DNA of 32,000 bases from Dickeya dadantii NCPPB 898 (lineage in GTDB: Bacteria > Pseudomonadota > Gammaproteobacteria > Enterobacterales > Enterobacteriaceae): contig NZ_CM001976.1 in NCBI RefSeq assembly GCF_000406145.1, positions 3,569,263 through 3,601,262 of the forward strand. Direction: 5' to 3'. Below the pieces are notes generated by a model. That model did no database searches. It saw nothing but the letters and a program-made list of their open reading frames with translations, and was not told the origin of the DNA. The translations under genes were made by a program, and so were the position numbers. Position 1 is the stretch's first letter. Every line of letters begins with the position of its first letter. This document shows, one piece after another, positions 1 to 11,112 of the stretch.

Positions 1-220
1 CGCCGTGCAGATGGCGCGCCACCGCGTCATCAATGTCCACCACCCGTCCCTGCGACAGCACCAGCAGCGCGCCTTCATGCAATTCCCCAATACGCTCCCG
101 ATCGCCGCTGCCGATAATCCGCCCACGCGCGTCCATCACATTGATATTACTATCAATGATTTTCATGGTACGTGCGACGATCTCCTGTGCCAGTTTGTTA
201 TTCAGGTGGTATGACGCCAT
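1..220 (-). CDS. cdaR: Carbohydrate diacid regulator CdaR, N-terminal fragment (gene continues past the left edge)
   Basis: Reverse-strand ATG at 220-218. My translation is MASYHLNNKLAQEIVARTMKIIDSNINVMDARGRIIGSGDRERIGELHEGALLVLSQGRVVDIDDAVARHLHG, nearly identical to the E. coli CdaR N-terminus as I recall it. Its position downstream of degP on the same strand matches E. coli synteny. It is absent from the ORF track because it is truncated. Confidence 0.8.
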   Translation of the reverse strand, partial: MASYHLNNKLAQEIVARTMKIIDSNINVMDARGRIIGSGDRERIGELHEGALLVLSQGRVVDIDDAVARHLHG

Positions 221-415
221 TTCAACCTCAAGGGATAGAGACAACCGCACCAGCATAACGCCGGGTATCGCGTCATACATTGTGCAAACGAACAAAAACC
301 GGGGAATCACACAGAATCTGTGGAAGAACTCACAAAACAGGCGGGAAATGACATGACCGGGTGTCAGCGCGCCCGGCCATGCCCATAGACAAGTGATTGA
401 ATCAACAGCGTCAGG

Positions 416-1870
<1,455 letters not shown>

Positions 1871-2037
1871 AGCGATATGTCTCACATTCAGTCAACGTGC
1901 GAACTCTGACGGCTGCGTTCAGCGATCAGGTGGAATGAAATCACTATGCGCAGCAGCGCACGTTCTGTGCAAGGTGGTGAAGAGTAAGGAAATATTGACC
2001 ATATTTACAAAACATATTCCCTTCTCGACAACCGCAT

Positions 2038-3555
2038 TCAATCCACCGCCATCAGCCGGCGGTATTCATCATAGGCGTATAAATCGGTCATACCGCTGAT
2101 GTAATCGAGAATCAACCGGGCGCGGTAGTAATACTCCCACACCTCCTGTTCGGCGGCGGGTAATGCCGGTAAGGCACAAGTCGCCTCGCGGTAGGCGTGG
2201 CAATGCTTGCTGGAGAGTTTGTGGTACAACCGGGTTTCGATCGGATAACGCTTGTGGGTATCGTCATTCACCAACTGGCAAAAATCGTGGTACGGCATGT
2301 TCAGCAACGGGCTGTAGATCTCCAGCAGGCCGCTGATTATGCGATCGCCCTGCAGCTCCAGTTGTTCAACTTCATGGTGATTAAACACGAACTTTCTGGC
2401 GACATCTTTAAAGATCTTTAATAATCGCCCGTAGTCGTCCTTGTCTTCTTCCAGCAGCGAACGGTTGAAGCTACCGTCATAAATCGCCGGCAAGTGCTCA
2501 ATAAAACGCCGCGTCACGTATCCCACCATGGTGTTGACGGTGTTCACGCGCAGTTTCATGAAAAACTGGTCACTCTCGCTGCGCCCTTGCATATGCTGCC
2601 GTTCGGTATACGCCCGTTCGATAGTGCGGCTGAAAACGTCCTTCTCCGCCCGCGTTCCCCAGGCATCCTCAAGCCGCTCGTACAGTTGCTGGTAAGTCAC
2701 GATCTTCTTCTCCACCGCATCTTCCAGATCGGCGATGCAGTAGGAGATATCATCCGCCGCTTCCATGATGTAGGTCAGCGGATGACGGTGAAACTCGCCC
2801 ATCTCCAGCTCGCTGCGCAATTGCCGGACAAACGTCTCTTCCGACAGGTAAAAGCCGGCTTTTTTCATCAGGTAGCTGTACTCGTGCGGAATGGGCTGCG
2901 CCCAGTAAGCCGGTTTGGTGTATTTCAAAATGCAGCCGACCTGGGCATAGGTCAGATTGAGTTTCAGCAGCGAATGCACCAATCGGATCGCCTGGGCATT
3001 ACCTTCGAAATTGCTCAGATCATGGCGGATACGGCTGCGCAGCGCATTCAGTTCCGCCTCCCCCTCGTCATCCAGCCGCAGACAGGCCACCTGACAGGGA
3101 TCCTCGCCGGCGCCCGGCGGTTTACCTTCCGGCGCCAGTCGCTGGCTAAACCAGTTATTGATCGCCGCCTCGCCGAAATGCCCGAACGGCGGGTTGCCGA
3201 TATCATGCATCAGGCAGGCCATTTCGATCAGGCTTTCAAACGGCGTTTCCAGCGTTCCCAACCCCAGCGCGCCCAGTTGGCCGCTTTTGCGCAGTTGCCC
3301 GAGGATTTCCTTGGCGATATAGCGCCCGACCTGCTGCACCTCCATCGAGTGCGTCAGACGGGATCGCACGGCGGCGTTGCGCTCCAGCGGGAAGACCTGA
3401 GTTTTCTGCTGTAGCCGACGGATAGCGGCTGAATTGATGATACGCCCGCGGTCGCTTTCGAACTCCCTCTCAATGGCATAGGCATCCTTTTTGTCTTTCG
3501 GTTTACTGAAAGGCCGCTGAAAACTGATTTTCTTCGAAAAATCGATATCAGACAT
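2038..3555 (-). CDS. dgt: dGTP triphosphohydrolase (dGTPase)
   Basis: Full-length match to E. coli Dgt, including [33 protein letters not shown], the HD motif [14 protein letters not shown] and the C-terminal DEYRRLMAV. The start at 3555 (MSDIDF) sits 5 nt downstream of a GGAGA Shine-Dalgarno sequence. The track ORF extends 4 codons further, to 3567. Confidence 0.95.
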   Translation of the reverse strand: MSDIDFSKKISFQRPFSKPKDKKDAYAIEREFESDRGRIINSAAIRRLQQKTQVFPLERNAAVRSRLTHSMEVQQVGRYIAKEILGQLRKSGQLGALGLGTLETPFESLIEMACLMHDIGNPPFGHFGEAAINNWFSQRLAPEGKPPGAGEDPCQVACLRLDDEGEAELNALRSRIRHDLSNFEGNAQAIRLVHSLLKLNLTYAQVGCILKYTKPAYWAQPIPHEYSYLMKKAGFYLSEETFVRQLRSELEMGEFHRHPLTYIMEAADDISYCIADLEDAVEKKIVTYQQLYERLEDAWGTRAEKDVFSRTIERAYTERQHMQGRSESDQFFMKLRVNTVNTMVGYVTRRFIEHLPAIYDGSFNRSLLEEDKDDYGRLLKIFKDVARKFVFNHHEVEQLELQGDRIISGLLEIYSPLLNMPYHDFCQLVNDDTHKRYPIETRLYHKLSSKHCHAYREATCALPALPAAEQEVWEYYYRARLILDYISGMTDLYAYDEYRRLMAVD

Positions 3556-3713
3556 ACTGATCTCCATGTAATGCCCTGATTAGGCGGAACCACGCGCCTG
3601 AACGTCGTACCGCGGGCGTTGATGCCGACAGGCGGGGCGCCGACTCAGTCATAGCACGTCCCCGGCGGGGGCACAATCGCTGCTCGGCCTAAGCCGTGAT
3701 AGACTAGGGACTG

Positions 3714-3741
3714 TTGACAAACAGCCGAGTGTTTTTATAGA
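3714..3741 (+). promoter_or_regulatory. Candidate sigma70 promoter with no adjacent gene (perfect -35 TTGACA, 16-nt spacer, -10 TATAGA)
   Basis: TTGACA at 3714-3719 and TATAGA at 3736-3741. It points toward mtnN but lies about 365 nt upstream of the mtnN start. A second, better -10 element lies closer to mtnN. Confidence 0.3.
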
Positions 3742-3822
3742 CGGAGATATCTGTCTGAATCAGTGAATGATTTCGTGCGGAATAAACGGTGCCCTTTCTT
3801 TGCAACATCATCGCACGCACGA

Positions 3823-3853
3823 CAAGGAGAGGCTCAAACGCCGCCTCTCCTTG
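3823..3853. other. Perfect 11-bp stem / 9-nt loop hairpin in the dgt-mtnN spacer
   Basis: caaggagaggc (3823-3833) is the exact reverse complement of gcctctccttg (3843-3853). No T-run follows on either strand, so it is not a classical terminator. Confidence 0.6.
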
Positions 3854-3921
3854 ACCACTGGCTGGTGGCTAAACTGTGGCGCTACGCGCTACCTTCGGCA
3901 TTCGACTTCGCTGTTCGGGCC

Positions 3922-3957
3922 GCCCGTGACGCGCTCCATGCGCGGCGCGGGCTTTCG
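3922..3957 (+). terminator. GC-rich imperfect hairpin followed by a short T-run; possible 3' end of a transcript from the 3714 promoter
   Basis: gcccgtgacgcgc (3922-3934), loop tccat, then gcgcggcgcgggc (3940-3952). The 13-bp stem has one G-U wobble and one mismatch, and is followed by tttcg. The T-run is only 3 nt, so terminator function is uncertain. Confidence 0.3.
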
Positions 3958-4006
3958 CGGCTTCCCTGCCGCTCACCCGGCGAAGTCGTCCACCTCAGCA
4001 CAGTTT

Positions 4007-4037
4007 TTGACGCCAGAAAAAACCACTCACCTATAAT
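4007..4037 (+). promoter_or_regulatory. Candidate proximal mtnN promoter (TTGACG ... consensus TATAAT)
   Basis: TTGACG at 4007-4012 and a perfect TATAAT at 4032-4037. The 19-nt spacer is longer than optimal. The site is about 70 nt upstream of the mtnN ATG. Confidence 0.4.
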
Positions 4038-4106
4038 TAAGGTGTTTGTCAGTAATCTGCCAGATGGCATATTTTTGTTATTTCGGACAAATCGGTGGGG
4101 AATCCT

Positions 4107-4808
4107 ATGAAAGTTGGCATTATTGGCGCAATGGAACAAGAAGTGACGCTGTTGAGAGAACAGATCCAGAACCGCCAGACCTTCCAGCGCGCGGGCTGCG
4201 AGATCTACAGCGGCCAGTTGCACGGCGTGGAGATCGCGCTGCTGAAATCCGGCATCGGCAAAGTATCGGCCGCGCTGGGCACCACGCTGCTGCTGGAACA
4301 CTGCCAGCCGGACGTAGTGATCAATACCGGTTCCGCCGGCGGTCTGGCGTCGTCGCTCAAGGTCGGCGATATCGTGGTGTCCGACGAGGTGCGCTACCAC
4401 GACGCCGACGTTACCGCATTTGGCTATGAACCCGGCCAGATGGCGGGTTGCCCGGCCGCGTTTACCGTCGATGAAAAACTGATCGCGCTGGCGCAGGACG
4501 CCATCGGCCAGTTGCAGTTGAACGCAGTACGCGGGCTGGTGGTAAGCGGCGATGCCTTCATCAACGGCAAAGCGCCGCTGGCGCGTATTCGTCAGACCTT
4601 CCCGCAGGCCATCGCCGTGGAAATGGAAGCCACCGCTATCGGACACGTCTGCCATCAGTTTGGCGTGCCGTTTGTGGTCGTTCGCGCCATTTCTGACGTG
4701 GCGGATCAGGAGTCTCACCTCAGTTTCGACGAATTTCTGGTTACCGCCGCCCAGCAATCCACCCGGATGGTGGAAACCATGCTGCGGTCGCTGGCGCAGC
4801 AGCGCTAA
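4107..4808 (+). CDS. mtnN: 5'-methylthioadenosine/S-adenosylhomocysteine nucleosidase
   Basis: [20 protein letters not shown]...[44 protein letters not shown] is near-identical in pattern to E. coli Mtn (Pfs). The start is taken at the ATG at 4107, which follows GGGGAA. The track ORF starts 4 codons earlier. Confidence 0.95.
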   Translation: MKVGIIGAMEQEVTLLREQIQNRQTFQRAGCEIYSGQLHGVEIALLKSGIGKVSAALGTTLLLEHCQPDVVINTGSAGGLASSLKVGDIVVSDEVRYHDADVTAFGYEPGQMAGCPAAFTVDEKLIALAQDAIGQLQLNAVRGLVVSGDAFINGKAPLARIRQTFPQAIAVEMEATAIGHVCHQFGVPFVVVRAISDVADQESHLSFDEFLVTAAQQSTRMVETMLRSLAQQR

Positions 4809-4819
4809 CTCGCGCATAG

Positions 4820-4845
4820 CCGGGGTGCTCAACCCCGGTTCTCCT
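4820..4845 (+). other. Small hairpin between mtnN and btuF (possible weak attenuator)
   Basis: ccgggg (4820-4825), loop tgctcaa, ccccgg (4833-4838), followed by ttctcctg. The 6-bp stem and interrupted T-run make for weak evidence. Confidence 0.25.
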
Positions 4846-4849
4846 GTCG

Positions 4850-5686
4850 TTGGTTGGAACTCGCCCATTGAAATCCGTTTATTTTCCTACCCTGTGGCTG
4901 CTGACGCTGTTATGGCTGCCGCTGTGCCGGGCCGAGCCGGTGGCGCAGCGCGTCGTCAGCCTGGCGCCGCATGTCACCGAAATGGCGTTCGCCGCCGGGC
5001 TGGGCGAACGGCTGGTGGGCGTCAGCGCCTGGTCTAACTATCCGCCTGAAGCCGAACGCATCGAGCAGGTCGCCACCTGGCAAGGCATCAATCTGGAACG
5101 CATTCTGGCGTTGAAACCGGATCTGGTGCTGGCCTGGCGAGAGGGAAATGCGCAGCGGCCAATGGACCAACTGGCGTCACTCGGCATCCATATCCTGTAC
5201 CTCGACCCGGCTACGCTGGACGACATTCCGCGCCAGTTGGAGATGCTGGCGCAGTACAGCCCGCACCCGGAGCAGGCGCGGGAAGCGGCGCTGCGATTCC
5301 GCCAGCAGCAACAGGCGCTGACGCAGCAGTACGGGCACAGCACGCCGGTACCGGTGTTTCTGCAGTTCGGCAGTCAGCCGCTGTTTACCTCGTCGCGGGC
5401 GACGCTGCAAAGCCAGGTAGTCAGCCTATGCGGCGGCGACAACGTGTTCGCCGACAGCCCGGTGCCCTGGCCGCAGGTGAGCCGCGAGCAGGTCATCCGG
5501 CGTCAGCCGCGGGTGATCGTCATCGGCGGGCCGCCCGGCGCAGCGGAGCAGGTCAGGGCATTCTGGCAGCCGCAGTTGAACCCCGAGGTGATAGCGGTCA
5601 ACGAAGATTGGTTTAGCCGCACCGGCCCGCGGCTGATGCTAGCCGCAGAGCAACTGTGTCGGCAATTGGCCGCGTGGCGGCGCTGA
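4850..5686 (+). CDS. btuF: Vitamin B12 ABC transporter periplasmic binding protein BtuF
   Basis: Matches E. coli BtuF along its length: [73 protein letters not shown]. No in-frame ATG lies near the N-terminus. The start is TTG at either 4850 or 4868 (the latter giving [12 protein letters not shown]..., a signal peptide). Confidence 0.9.
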   Translation: MVGTRPLKSVYFPTLWLLTLLWLPLCRAEPVAQRVVSLAPHVTEMAFAAGLGERLVGVSAWSNYPPEAERIEQVATWQGINLERILALKPDLVLAWREGNAQRPMDQLASLGIHILYLDPATLDDIPRQLEMLAQYSPHPEQAREAALRFRQQQQALTQQYGHSTPVPVFLQFGSQPLFTSSRATLQSQVVSLCGGDNVFADSPVPWPQVSREQVIRRQPRVIVIGGPPGAAEQVRAFWQPQLNPEVIAVNEDWFSRTGPRLMLAAEQLCRQLAAWRR

Positions 5687-5705
5687 CGCGCTGTCAACAA
5701 CACAT

Positions 5706-5741
5706 AAAAAAACCCGTGCGCCGGTCAGGCCACGGGTTTTT
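5706..5741. terminator. Bidirectional rho-independent terminator between convergent btuF and erpA
   Basis: An A7 run is followed by cccgtg (5713-5718), a 12-nt loop, cacggg (5731-5736) and T5. Because the stem is flanked by A and T runs, it can terminate transcription on both strands. Confidence 0.8.
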
Positions 5742-5758
5742 CTTAACGCAGAATGCCG

Positions 5759-6103
5759 TCAGATGCTGAAAGACGAACCGCAGCCGCAGGTGGTTTTCGC
5801 GTTCGGGTTGGTCACCACAAAACGGGAGCCTTCCAGCCCTTCGCTGTAATCCACCGAACCGCCGATCAGGTATTGCAGACTCATCGGATCGACCACCAGG
5901 GATACCCCTTGTTTTTCAATGGTCATATCACCGTCGTTAACCTGATCGTCAAAGGTAAAACCGTACTGGAAGCCGCTACAGCCGCCGCCAGTGATGTAAA
6001 CCCGAAGTTTCAGTTCCGGATTATCTTCATCAGCAATCAGGAGTTTCACCTTGTTAGCCGCCGCATCCGTAAACTGCAGGGGCAGTGCTATATCATCGCT
6101 CAT
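5759..6103 (-). CDS. erpA: Iron-sulfur cluster insertion protein ErpA (A-type carrier)
   Basis: [53 protein letters not shown]...CGCGSSFSI is 114 aa and essentially identical in pattern to E. coli ErpA. The track ORF carries a 12-codon upstream extension that I discount. Confidence 0.95.
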   Translation of the reverse strand: MSDDIALPLQFTDAAANKVKLLIADEDNPELKLRVYITGGGCSGFQYGFTFDDQVNDGDMTIEKQGVSLVVDPMSLQYLIGGSVDYSEGLEGSRFVVTNPNAKTTCGCGSSFSI

Positions 6104-6183
6104 TTTTTTACTCCCAATCCAATATCGGGCGGTATTCAACAGCCCTCGTTATCGTTTTATTATCCAACAGCCCCCGGCAACGT

Positions 6184-7581
6184 TCAAGATTTGATGCCGT
6201 CTATCGGCACGGCGGCGGATGACGTCTGCTGCGCCTGACGCGCCAGCGTGCGCGCCAGAATACAGGAATAGAGCGGCTTGCCGCCGAGGAACTGCGCCAC
6301 CAGCGTAGCGCCGAGGCAGGTGATGATCATCGGCAAAATCAATTGGTAGTTATCGGTCATCTCCAGCACCAGTACAATGCCGGTCAACGGCGCGCGGACC
6401 GACGCGGCGAACAACGCGCCCATCCCCGCCACGGCAAACGTGCCGGCGCCCAATTCCCAGGCAGGAAACAGATGCGCGCACACCATGCCGAACGCCGCGC
6501 CCAGCAACGTACCCAGCGACAGCATCGGCGCAAAAATGCCCCCCGGCGCGCCGGAGCAGAAGCAAAGTAACGTCATGCCGACCCGAGCCAGAAAAATCGT
6601 CAGCAGCATCCCCACGCCATAATGCTCCGCCGCCGCCACCGGAATCAGCGAAAAACCGCCGCCGGTCGCGTCGCTGAACGCCGGCGTCAACAGGCCGGAC
6701 ACCCCGCCGGCCACCAGCCCGACCAGCAAAAAACGCGGCATGGAATGGCCGTGAAAACGCAGGAAACGCGCCTGCGCCCCCAACACCAGCGCATTGAACA
6801 ATACCCCTACCGCGCCGAACAAAATGCCAAGCAGCAAATACAGCCACAGCGTGCCGACCGGCGCGGACGGCAACTGCCCCACATCGATGACCGCCTGCTC
6901 CCCCTCCAGCCATCGGTAAACCACACTGGCCATGATGACGCCGATAAACACCGCTTTGATGGAAATCAGGTTGTAGCGAAACTGTGGGCGCATCTCTTCA
7001 ATGATGAACAGAATTCCCGCCAGCGGCGCGTTGAACGCCGCCGTCAACCCGGCGGCGGCGCCGGTCGCCAGCAGCGAATGGCGCACTTCCGGTTTGCGTA
7101 CCGGGAACAGATCCGCCACCATGCCGCCGACGTTTCCGCCCAGCTGCACCGTCGGACCTTCCCGCCCCAGCACCATGCCCGCGCCCAGCGTCCCCATGCC
7201 GCCAAAAAATTTCACCGGCAGCACCCGCCACCAGCGCACCGGACGCAAATCCTCCAGCGCGCCTTCGATTTCAGGAATACCGGAACCACCGGCTTCCGGC
7301 GCGAACCGTCGCACCAGCCAGTAACCGACCATCGCCAACCCGGCCGATATCAGGATACTCAACGGCCACACCCAGCCGCTTCCCGACTGAGACGACAACA
7401 ACGCCAGCCGCCAGTGCTGCACCGCATTCGCTGCCTGACTGAACCCCACGCCGATCAAGCCGACCAGCGTACCGGTCAACGCGGCCATCACCAATATGTA
7501 GGCCGGTGTTTTGTCACGGCGGACAAGTTGTCGGATAGCGGCGCTGCGTACCGCAGCCGGTAGAGAAAAGGAAGAAGGCAT
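6184..7581 (-). CDS. clcA: H+/Cl- exchange transporter ClcA
   Basis: CLC family hallmarks are present: [17 protein letters not shown] (gating glutamate), GIFAPM. The sequence is colinear with E. coli ClcA. Confidence 0.95.
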   Translation of the reverse strand: MPSSFSLPAAVRSAAIRQLVRRDKTPAYILVMAALTGTLVGLIGVGFSQAANAVQHWRLALLSSQSGSGWVWPLSILISAGLAMVGYWLVRRFAPEAGGSGIPEIEGALEDLRPVRWWRVLPVKFFGGMGTLGAGMVLGREGPTVQLGGNVGGMVADLFPVRKPEVRHSLLATGAAAGLTAAFNAPLAGILFIIEEMRPQFRYNLISIKAVFIGVIMASVVYRWLEGEQAVIDVGQLPSAPVGTLWLYLLLGILFGAVGVLFNALVLGAQARFLRFHGHSMPRFLLVGLVAGGVSGLLTPAFSDATGGGFSLIPVAAAEHYGVGMLLTIFLARVGMTLLCFCSGAPGGIFAPMLSLGTLLGAAFGMVCAHLFPAWELGAGTFAVAGMGALFAASVRAPLTGIVLVLEMTDNYQLILPMIITCLGATLVAQFLGGKPLYSCILARTLARQAQQTSSAAVPIDGIKS

Positions 7582-7692
7582 GACAACAATATCAGGGTTA
7601 ACATAACGGACAAGGCGACTATTCTAGTCCCATCGCCGCTGACTTGCCCAGCTTCAATCCCGGCTGCCACAGCCTAAAATGTGTCTGACGAT

Positions 7693-7720
7693 TTCATAAC
7701 GCGGATCAGATGATTAGAAT
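7693..7720 (+). promoter_or_regulatory. Candidate hemL promoter
   Basis: TTCATA at 7693-7698, a 16-nt spacer, and TAGAAT at 7715-7720, about 40 nt upstream of the hemL ATG. Called from sequence pattern only. Confidence 0.3.
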
Positions 7721-7759
7721 GGACGCCACTCGCTATGCAAATCCAATCAGGAAGCCGTA

Positions 7760-9040
7760 ATGAATAAATCTGAAAGTCTGTATGCCGCCGCCCGCCAACT
7801 GATTCCCGGAGGGGTCAACTCGCCGGTGCGCGCGTTTAACGGCGTAGGCGGCGTGCCGCTGTTCATCGAACGGGCGGAAGGTGCCAGACTCTATGACGCG
7901 GACGGCAAATCTTATATCGATTACGTAGGCTCCTGGGGGCCGATGATTCTCGGCCACAACCATCCCGCCATTCGTCAGGCGGTGATCGACGCCGCAGAGC
8001 GCGGTCTGAGCTTCGGCGCCCCCACCGAGATGGAAGTGAAGATGGCGCAGTTGGTTACCTCGCTGGTGCCGGGCATGGAGATGGTGCGTATGGTTAACTC
8101 CGGCACCGAAGCCACCATGAGCGCCATCCGTCTGGCGCGCGGCTTCACCGGCCGCGACAAAATCATCAAATTCGAAGGCTGCTATCACGGCCACGCCGAC
8201 TGTCTGCTGGTGAAAGCGGGTTCCGGCGCGCTGACGCTGGGGCAACCCAATTCTCCCGGCGTGCCGGCCGATTTCGCCCGCCATACCCTGACCTGCACCT
8301 ACAATGATCTGACTTCGGTACGCGCCGCATTCGAACAGTATCCGCAAGACATCGCCGCGATTATCGTCGAACCGGTAGCGGGCAACATGAACTGCATTCC
8401 GCCGCAGCCGGCGTTCCTGCCGGGGCTGCGCGCGCTGTGCGACGAATTCGGCGCGTTGCTGATCATCGATGAAGTGATGACCGGCTTTCGCGTGGCGCTG
8501 GGCGGCGCGCAGGCGCACTACGGCGTGCGCCCCGACCTCACCTGCCTCGGCAAGATTATCGGCGGCGGGATGCCGGTGGGCGCGTTTGGCGGCCGCCGCG
8601 ACGTGATGGAAGCGCTGGCGCCGACCGGTCCGGTGTATCAGGCGGGAACGCTGTCCGGCAACCCGATTGCCATGGCCGCCGGTTTCGCCTGCCTGAGCGA
8701 AGTCGCCAAGCCCGGCGTCCACCAGAAATTGGCCGAGCTGACCACCCAACTGGCGGAAGGCCTGCTGGCGGCGGCGAAAACCCAGCAGATCCCGCTGGTG
8801 GTGAACCATGTCGGCGCGATGTTCGGGATTTTCTTTACCGATGCCGATCGGGTGACCTGCTATCAGGATGTGCTGAAGTGTGATGTGGAACGGTTCAAAC
8901 GTTTCTTCCATATGATGCTGGAGGAAGGCGTCTATCTGGCGCCGTCGGCGTTCGAGGCGGGTTTCATGTCGCTGGCGCACAGCCAGCAAGATATTGAACA
9001 TACCGTTGACGCCGCCCGCCGCTGCTTCGCCAAACTGTAA
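7760..9040 (+). CDS. hemL: Glutamate-1-semialdehyde 2,1-aminomutase
   Basis: A 426-aa ORF with [26 protein letters not shown]..., a class-III aminotransferase fold and the PLP-lysine context [16 protein letters not shown]. It is preceded by an AGGAAG Shine-Dalgarno sequence. Confidence 0.97.
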   Translation: MNKSESLYAAARQLIPGGVNSPVRAFNGVGGVPLFIERAEGARLYDADGKSYIDYVGSWGPMILGHNHPAIRQAVIDAAERGLSFGAPTEMEVKMAQLVTSLVPGMEMVRMVNSGTEATMSAIRLARGFTGRDKIIKFEGCYHGHADCLLVKAGSGALTLGQPNSPGVPADFARHTLTCTYNDLTSVRAAFEQYPQDIAAIIVEPVAGNMNCIPPQPAFLPGLRALCDEFGALLIIDEVMTGFRVALGGAQAHYGVRPDLTCLGKIIGGGMPVGAFGGRRDVMEALAPTGPVYQAGTLSGNPIAMAAGFACLSEVAKPGVHQKLAELTTQLAEGLLAAAKTQQIPLVVNHVGAMFGIFFTDADRVTCYQDVLKCDVERFKRFFHMMLEEGVYLAPSAFEAGFMSLAHSQQDIEHTVDAARRCFAKL

Positions 9041-9052
9041 GCCAGCCCTGTG

Positions 9053-9075
9053 CCGGTGGGGCGCTGTCCCACCGG
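9053..9075. terminator. Hairpin between convergent hemL and fhuB
   Basis: ccggtggg (9053-9060), loop gcgctgt, cccaccgg (9068-9075). The flanking T-runs are poor, so terminator strength is uncertain. Confidence 0.4.
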
Positions 9076-9090
9076 ATATTCCTTCCCGCG

Positions 9091-11112
9091 TTACCTCGCC
9101 TGACGGCGCAGCAGCCAGATAAAATACGGCGCGCCGATGAAGGTCGCCAGCAAACCGGCAGGAATCTGGTTTGGAAACAGCAGCATCCGACCGAACCAAT
9201 CCGCCAGTACCATCAAACCACCGCCGACCAGCGCCGAGCAGGCCAACTGCGGGATCACGCGATTAAACCCCAGCATACGCGCCATGTGCGGTGCCATCAG
9301 CCCGACAAAGCTCATCGGCCCCACCGTCATGGTCGCCACCGCCGTCAATACCGCGGCCAGCAGCAGAATCAGCAGCCGGACCGGCGTCACCGGCACGCCC
9401 AGCGATCGGGTCGTGGTCACGCCCAACGGCAGCATGCGCAGCCAACGCTGGCACAGCGGCACCACCAATAACGCCAGCAGCGCCACCGCTACAGAGGTGA
9501 ACGCCTGCGTAGCGGTCACCTGATAAGTCGAGCCGGACAACCAGGTCAGCAGGCGCCCGCCGCGCGGATCGCCGCTGGCCAGCAACAAGCTGATCAAGGT
9601 GGTAAACGCAGTGCCCAGCGCAATCCCCACCAGCAGCATACGTTGCGTCGAAAAACCGCCGCGCCCGGCCACCACCATGATCAACAACAGCGTGATCGCC
9701 GCCCCTAACGTACCGGCCGGCAGCATCCACGCCATCGCGTCGCCGGAAACCAGAAACAGCAGCGCCACCACGCCAAACGCCGCGCCGGCGCTGATCCCCA
9801 ACACTTCCGGGCTGCCCATCGGGTTGCCGGTCAGACGCTGAATCAGGCTGCCGGCCACGGCCAGCATGACCCCGGCGCTCAGCGCCGCCGTCACGCGCGG
9901 CCAGCGCCAGGGCGACAGCGCCGCCAAATCCTGACCGCTCGCCCAGTACCAGCCGGCAGGCTCACGCCCCAGGCACAGCGCGACCGTCGTCGTCGCCAGC
10001 AGCAGTATGAAACCGGCCAGCCACCATCCGCCCCAGTTGGCACGTTCGGTTAACGCCTTCTGCCCTTCCTGCAATACCGGCGGCGCGGTGGAGCGTAGGC
10101 GCGGCAACAACCACAGCAATAATGGCGCGCCAACCAGCGCAGTGGCGGCGCCGGTCGGCACCTCGCGCCAGACGCCCGCCAGCCACAGCAGTAGCTGATC
10201 GGTCAGCGTCAGCAGCAATGCGCCCAGCAACGGCGACAGCCACAGCCGCTGTCCCAGCCGGCGCGCGCCCAGCATTTTCGCCATCAACGGCGCAAACAGA
10301 CCGATAAACCCGATGATACCGGCGGCGTTGACCCACTGTGCGCTGAGAAAAATCGCCAGCAGCAACGTGCCAATGCGGGCCGTCGATAGCCCCAGACCCA
10401 GATTGCGGGCGACGCCGTCATCCAGCCCCAGCAACATCAGCGGGCGCGCCAGCAATGCCGTCAACACGACGCCAATAATCAGTACCGGCAGCACCCACAC
10501 GACACTGCGCCAGTCTTGCTGGTTAAGCGAACCGCTGCTCCACAAAAACAGGTTGGTCAATTGCTCGTAGTGAAACAGCGCCAGCAACTGACTGACGGCG
10601 CTGCAATACAAACTCAGCACCAGCCCGGCCAGAATCAGCGTGACCGGCGACAGACGCTTGCCCCAGGCCACGCCAAACACCAGCGCACCGACCAGCAACG
10701 CACCCGCCATCGCCGCCAGTTGCGACGTCAGCCAGCCGCCGGGCAACGCCCACAGCGTCGCTACCGTCAGGCCCAGTTGCGCGCCGCTCGCCACCCCGAG
10801 CGTTGACGGCTCCGCCAGCGGATTACGCAGCACCTGCTGGAACAGCACGCCCACCAGCCCCAGCCCGGCGCCGATCAGCAACGCCAGCGTCAGGCGCGGC
10901 AGCAGGCTGTAATGGAACAGCAACTGACGCAGGTCGGCAACGTCGGGCGACAGCGCGCCCTGCCACCACAACGCCAGCGGCAACTGTTGTTGCAGGTTAT
11001 AAAACGCCATCAGCACGACCAGCAGCGACAGCGCCGCCACTACCCCGCCCGTCAGCAAACCGGATCTTGACGTACGCTGTGTTGGCATCGTCACGGCGCT
11101 CTCCGCGGTCAT
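9091..11112 (-). CDS. fhuB: Ferric hydroxamate ABC transporter permease FhuB (fused double permease)
   Basis: A 673-aa polytopic membrane protein with an internally duplicated FecCD-type permease, as in E. coli FhuB (660 aa). Its ATG overlaps the fhuD stop codon (ATGA at 11109-11112). Confidence 0.93.
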   Translation of the reverse strand: MTAESAVTMPTQRTSRSGLLTGGVVAALSLLVVLMAFYNLQQQLPLALWWQGALSPDVADLRQLLFHYSLLPRLTLALLIGAGLGLVGVLFQQVLRNPLAEPSTLGVASGAQLGLTVATLWALPGGWLTSQLAAMAGALLVGALVFGVAWGKRLSPVTLILAGLVLSLYCSAVSQLLALFHYEQLTNLFLWSSGSLNQQDWRSVVWVLPVLIIGVVLTALLARPLMLLGLDDGVARNLGLGLSTARIGTLLLAIFLSAQWVNAAGIIGFIGLFAPLMAKMLGARRLGQRLWLSPLLGALLLTLTDQLLLWLAGVWREVPTGAATALVGAPLLLWLLPRLRSTAPPVLQEGQKALTERANWGGWWLAGFILLLATTTVALCLGREPAGWYWASGQDLAALSPWRWPRVTAALSAGVMLAVAGSLIQRLTGNPMGSPEVLGISAGAAFGVVALLFLVSGDAMAWMLPAGTLGAAITLLLIMVVAGRGGFSTQRMLLVGIALGTAFTTLISLLLASGDPRGGRLLTWLSGSTYQVTATQAFTSVAVALLALLVVPLCQRWLRMLPLGVTTTRSLGVPVTPVRLLILLLAAVLTAVATMTVGPMSFVGLMAPHMARMLGFNRVIPQLACSALVGGGLMVLADWFGRMLLFPNQIPAGLLATFIGAPYFIWLLRRQAR

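Noticed and set aside
1886-2037. Expected sigmaE and CpxR control elements upstream of degP. A GTAAA half-site is present on the degP strand (complement of tttac at about 2005-2009), along with GAAC-containing stretches.
   Set aside because: I could not find a convincing GGAACTT-N16-TCNAA sigmaE promoter or a tandem GTAAA-N5-GTAAA CpxR box with correct spacing, so I made no feature call.
3826-3990. A possible cobalamin or SAH riboswitch upstream of mtnN-btuF. Short motif echoes are present: GACCACTGG resembles the cobalamin GCCACUG element, and GCCGCTCAC resembles the SAH-element GGCGCUCAC.
   Set aside because: The matches are isolated 7-9-mers. The other conserved blocks (GGGAA / GGUG..AA.UCC and the B12 box, or the SAH GAGGAGCGCUGC and its pseudoknot partners) are absent or in the wrong order. 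A decisive test needs Infernal/Rfam, which I cannot run.
3763-4110. Two overlapping + strand ORFs (115 aa from a GTG at 3763, and 89 aa from an ATG at 3767) filling the dgt-mtnN spacer.
   Set aside because: Neither has a Shine-Dalgarno sequence. The sequences are basic and low-complexity and look non-proteinaceous, and the reading frames run through strong RNA hairpins. The region is treated as non-coding (see the dgt-mtnN finding).
7733-9199. A 488-aa stop-free ORF antisense to the whole of hemL. It is the longest unexplained ORF in the track.
   Set aside because: hemL on the opposite strand is unambiguous. The antisense product is Arg/Ala/Gly/His-rich low-complexity sequence (RRRRQ, HHQRD...), has no ribosome-binding site and has no recognisable domain. 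Long antisense frames are expected opposite highly expressed genes in GC-rich genomes.
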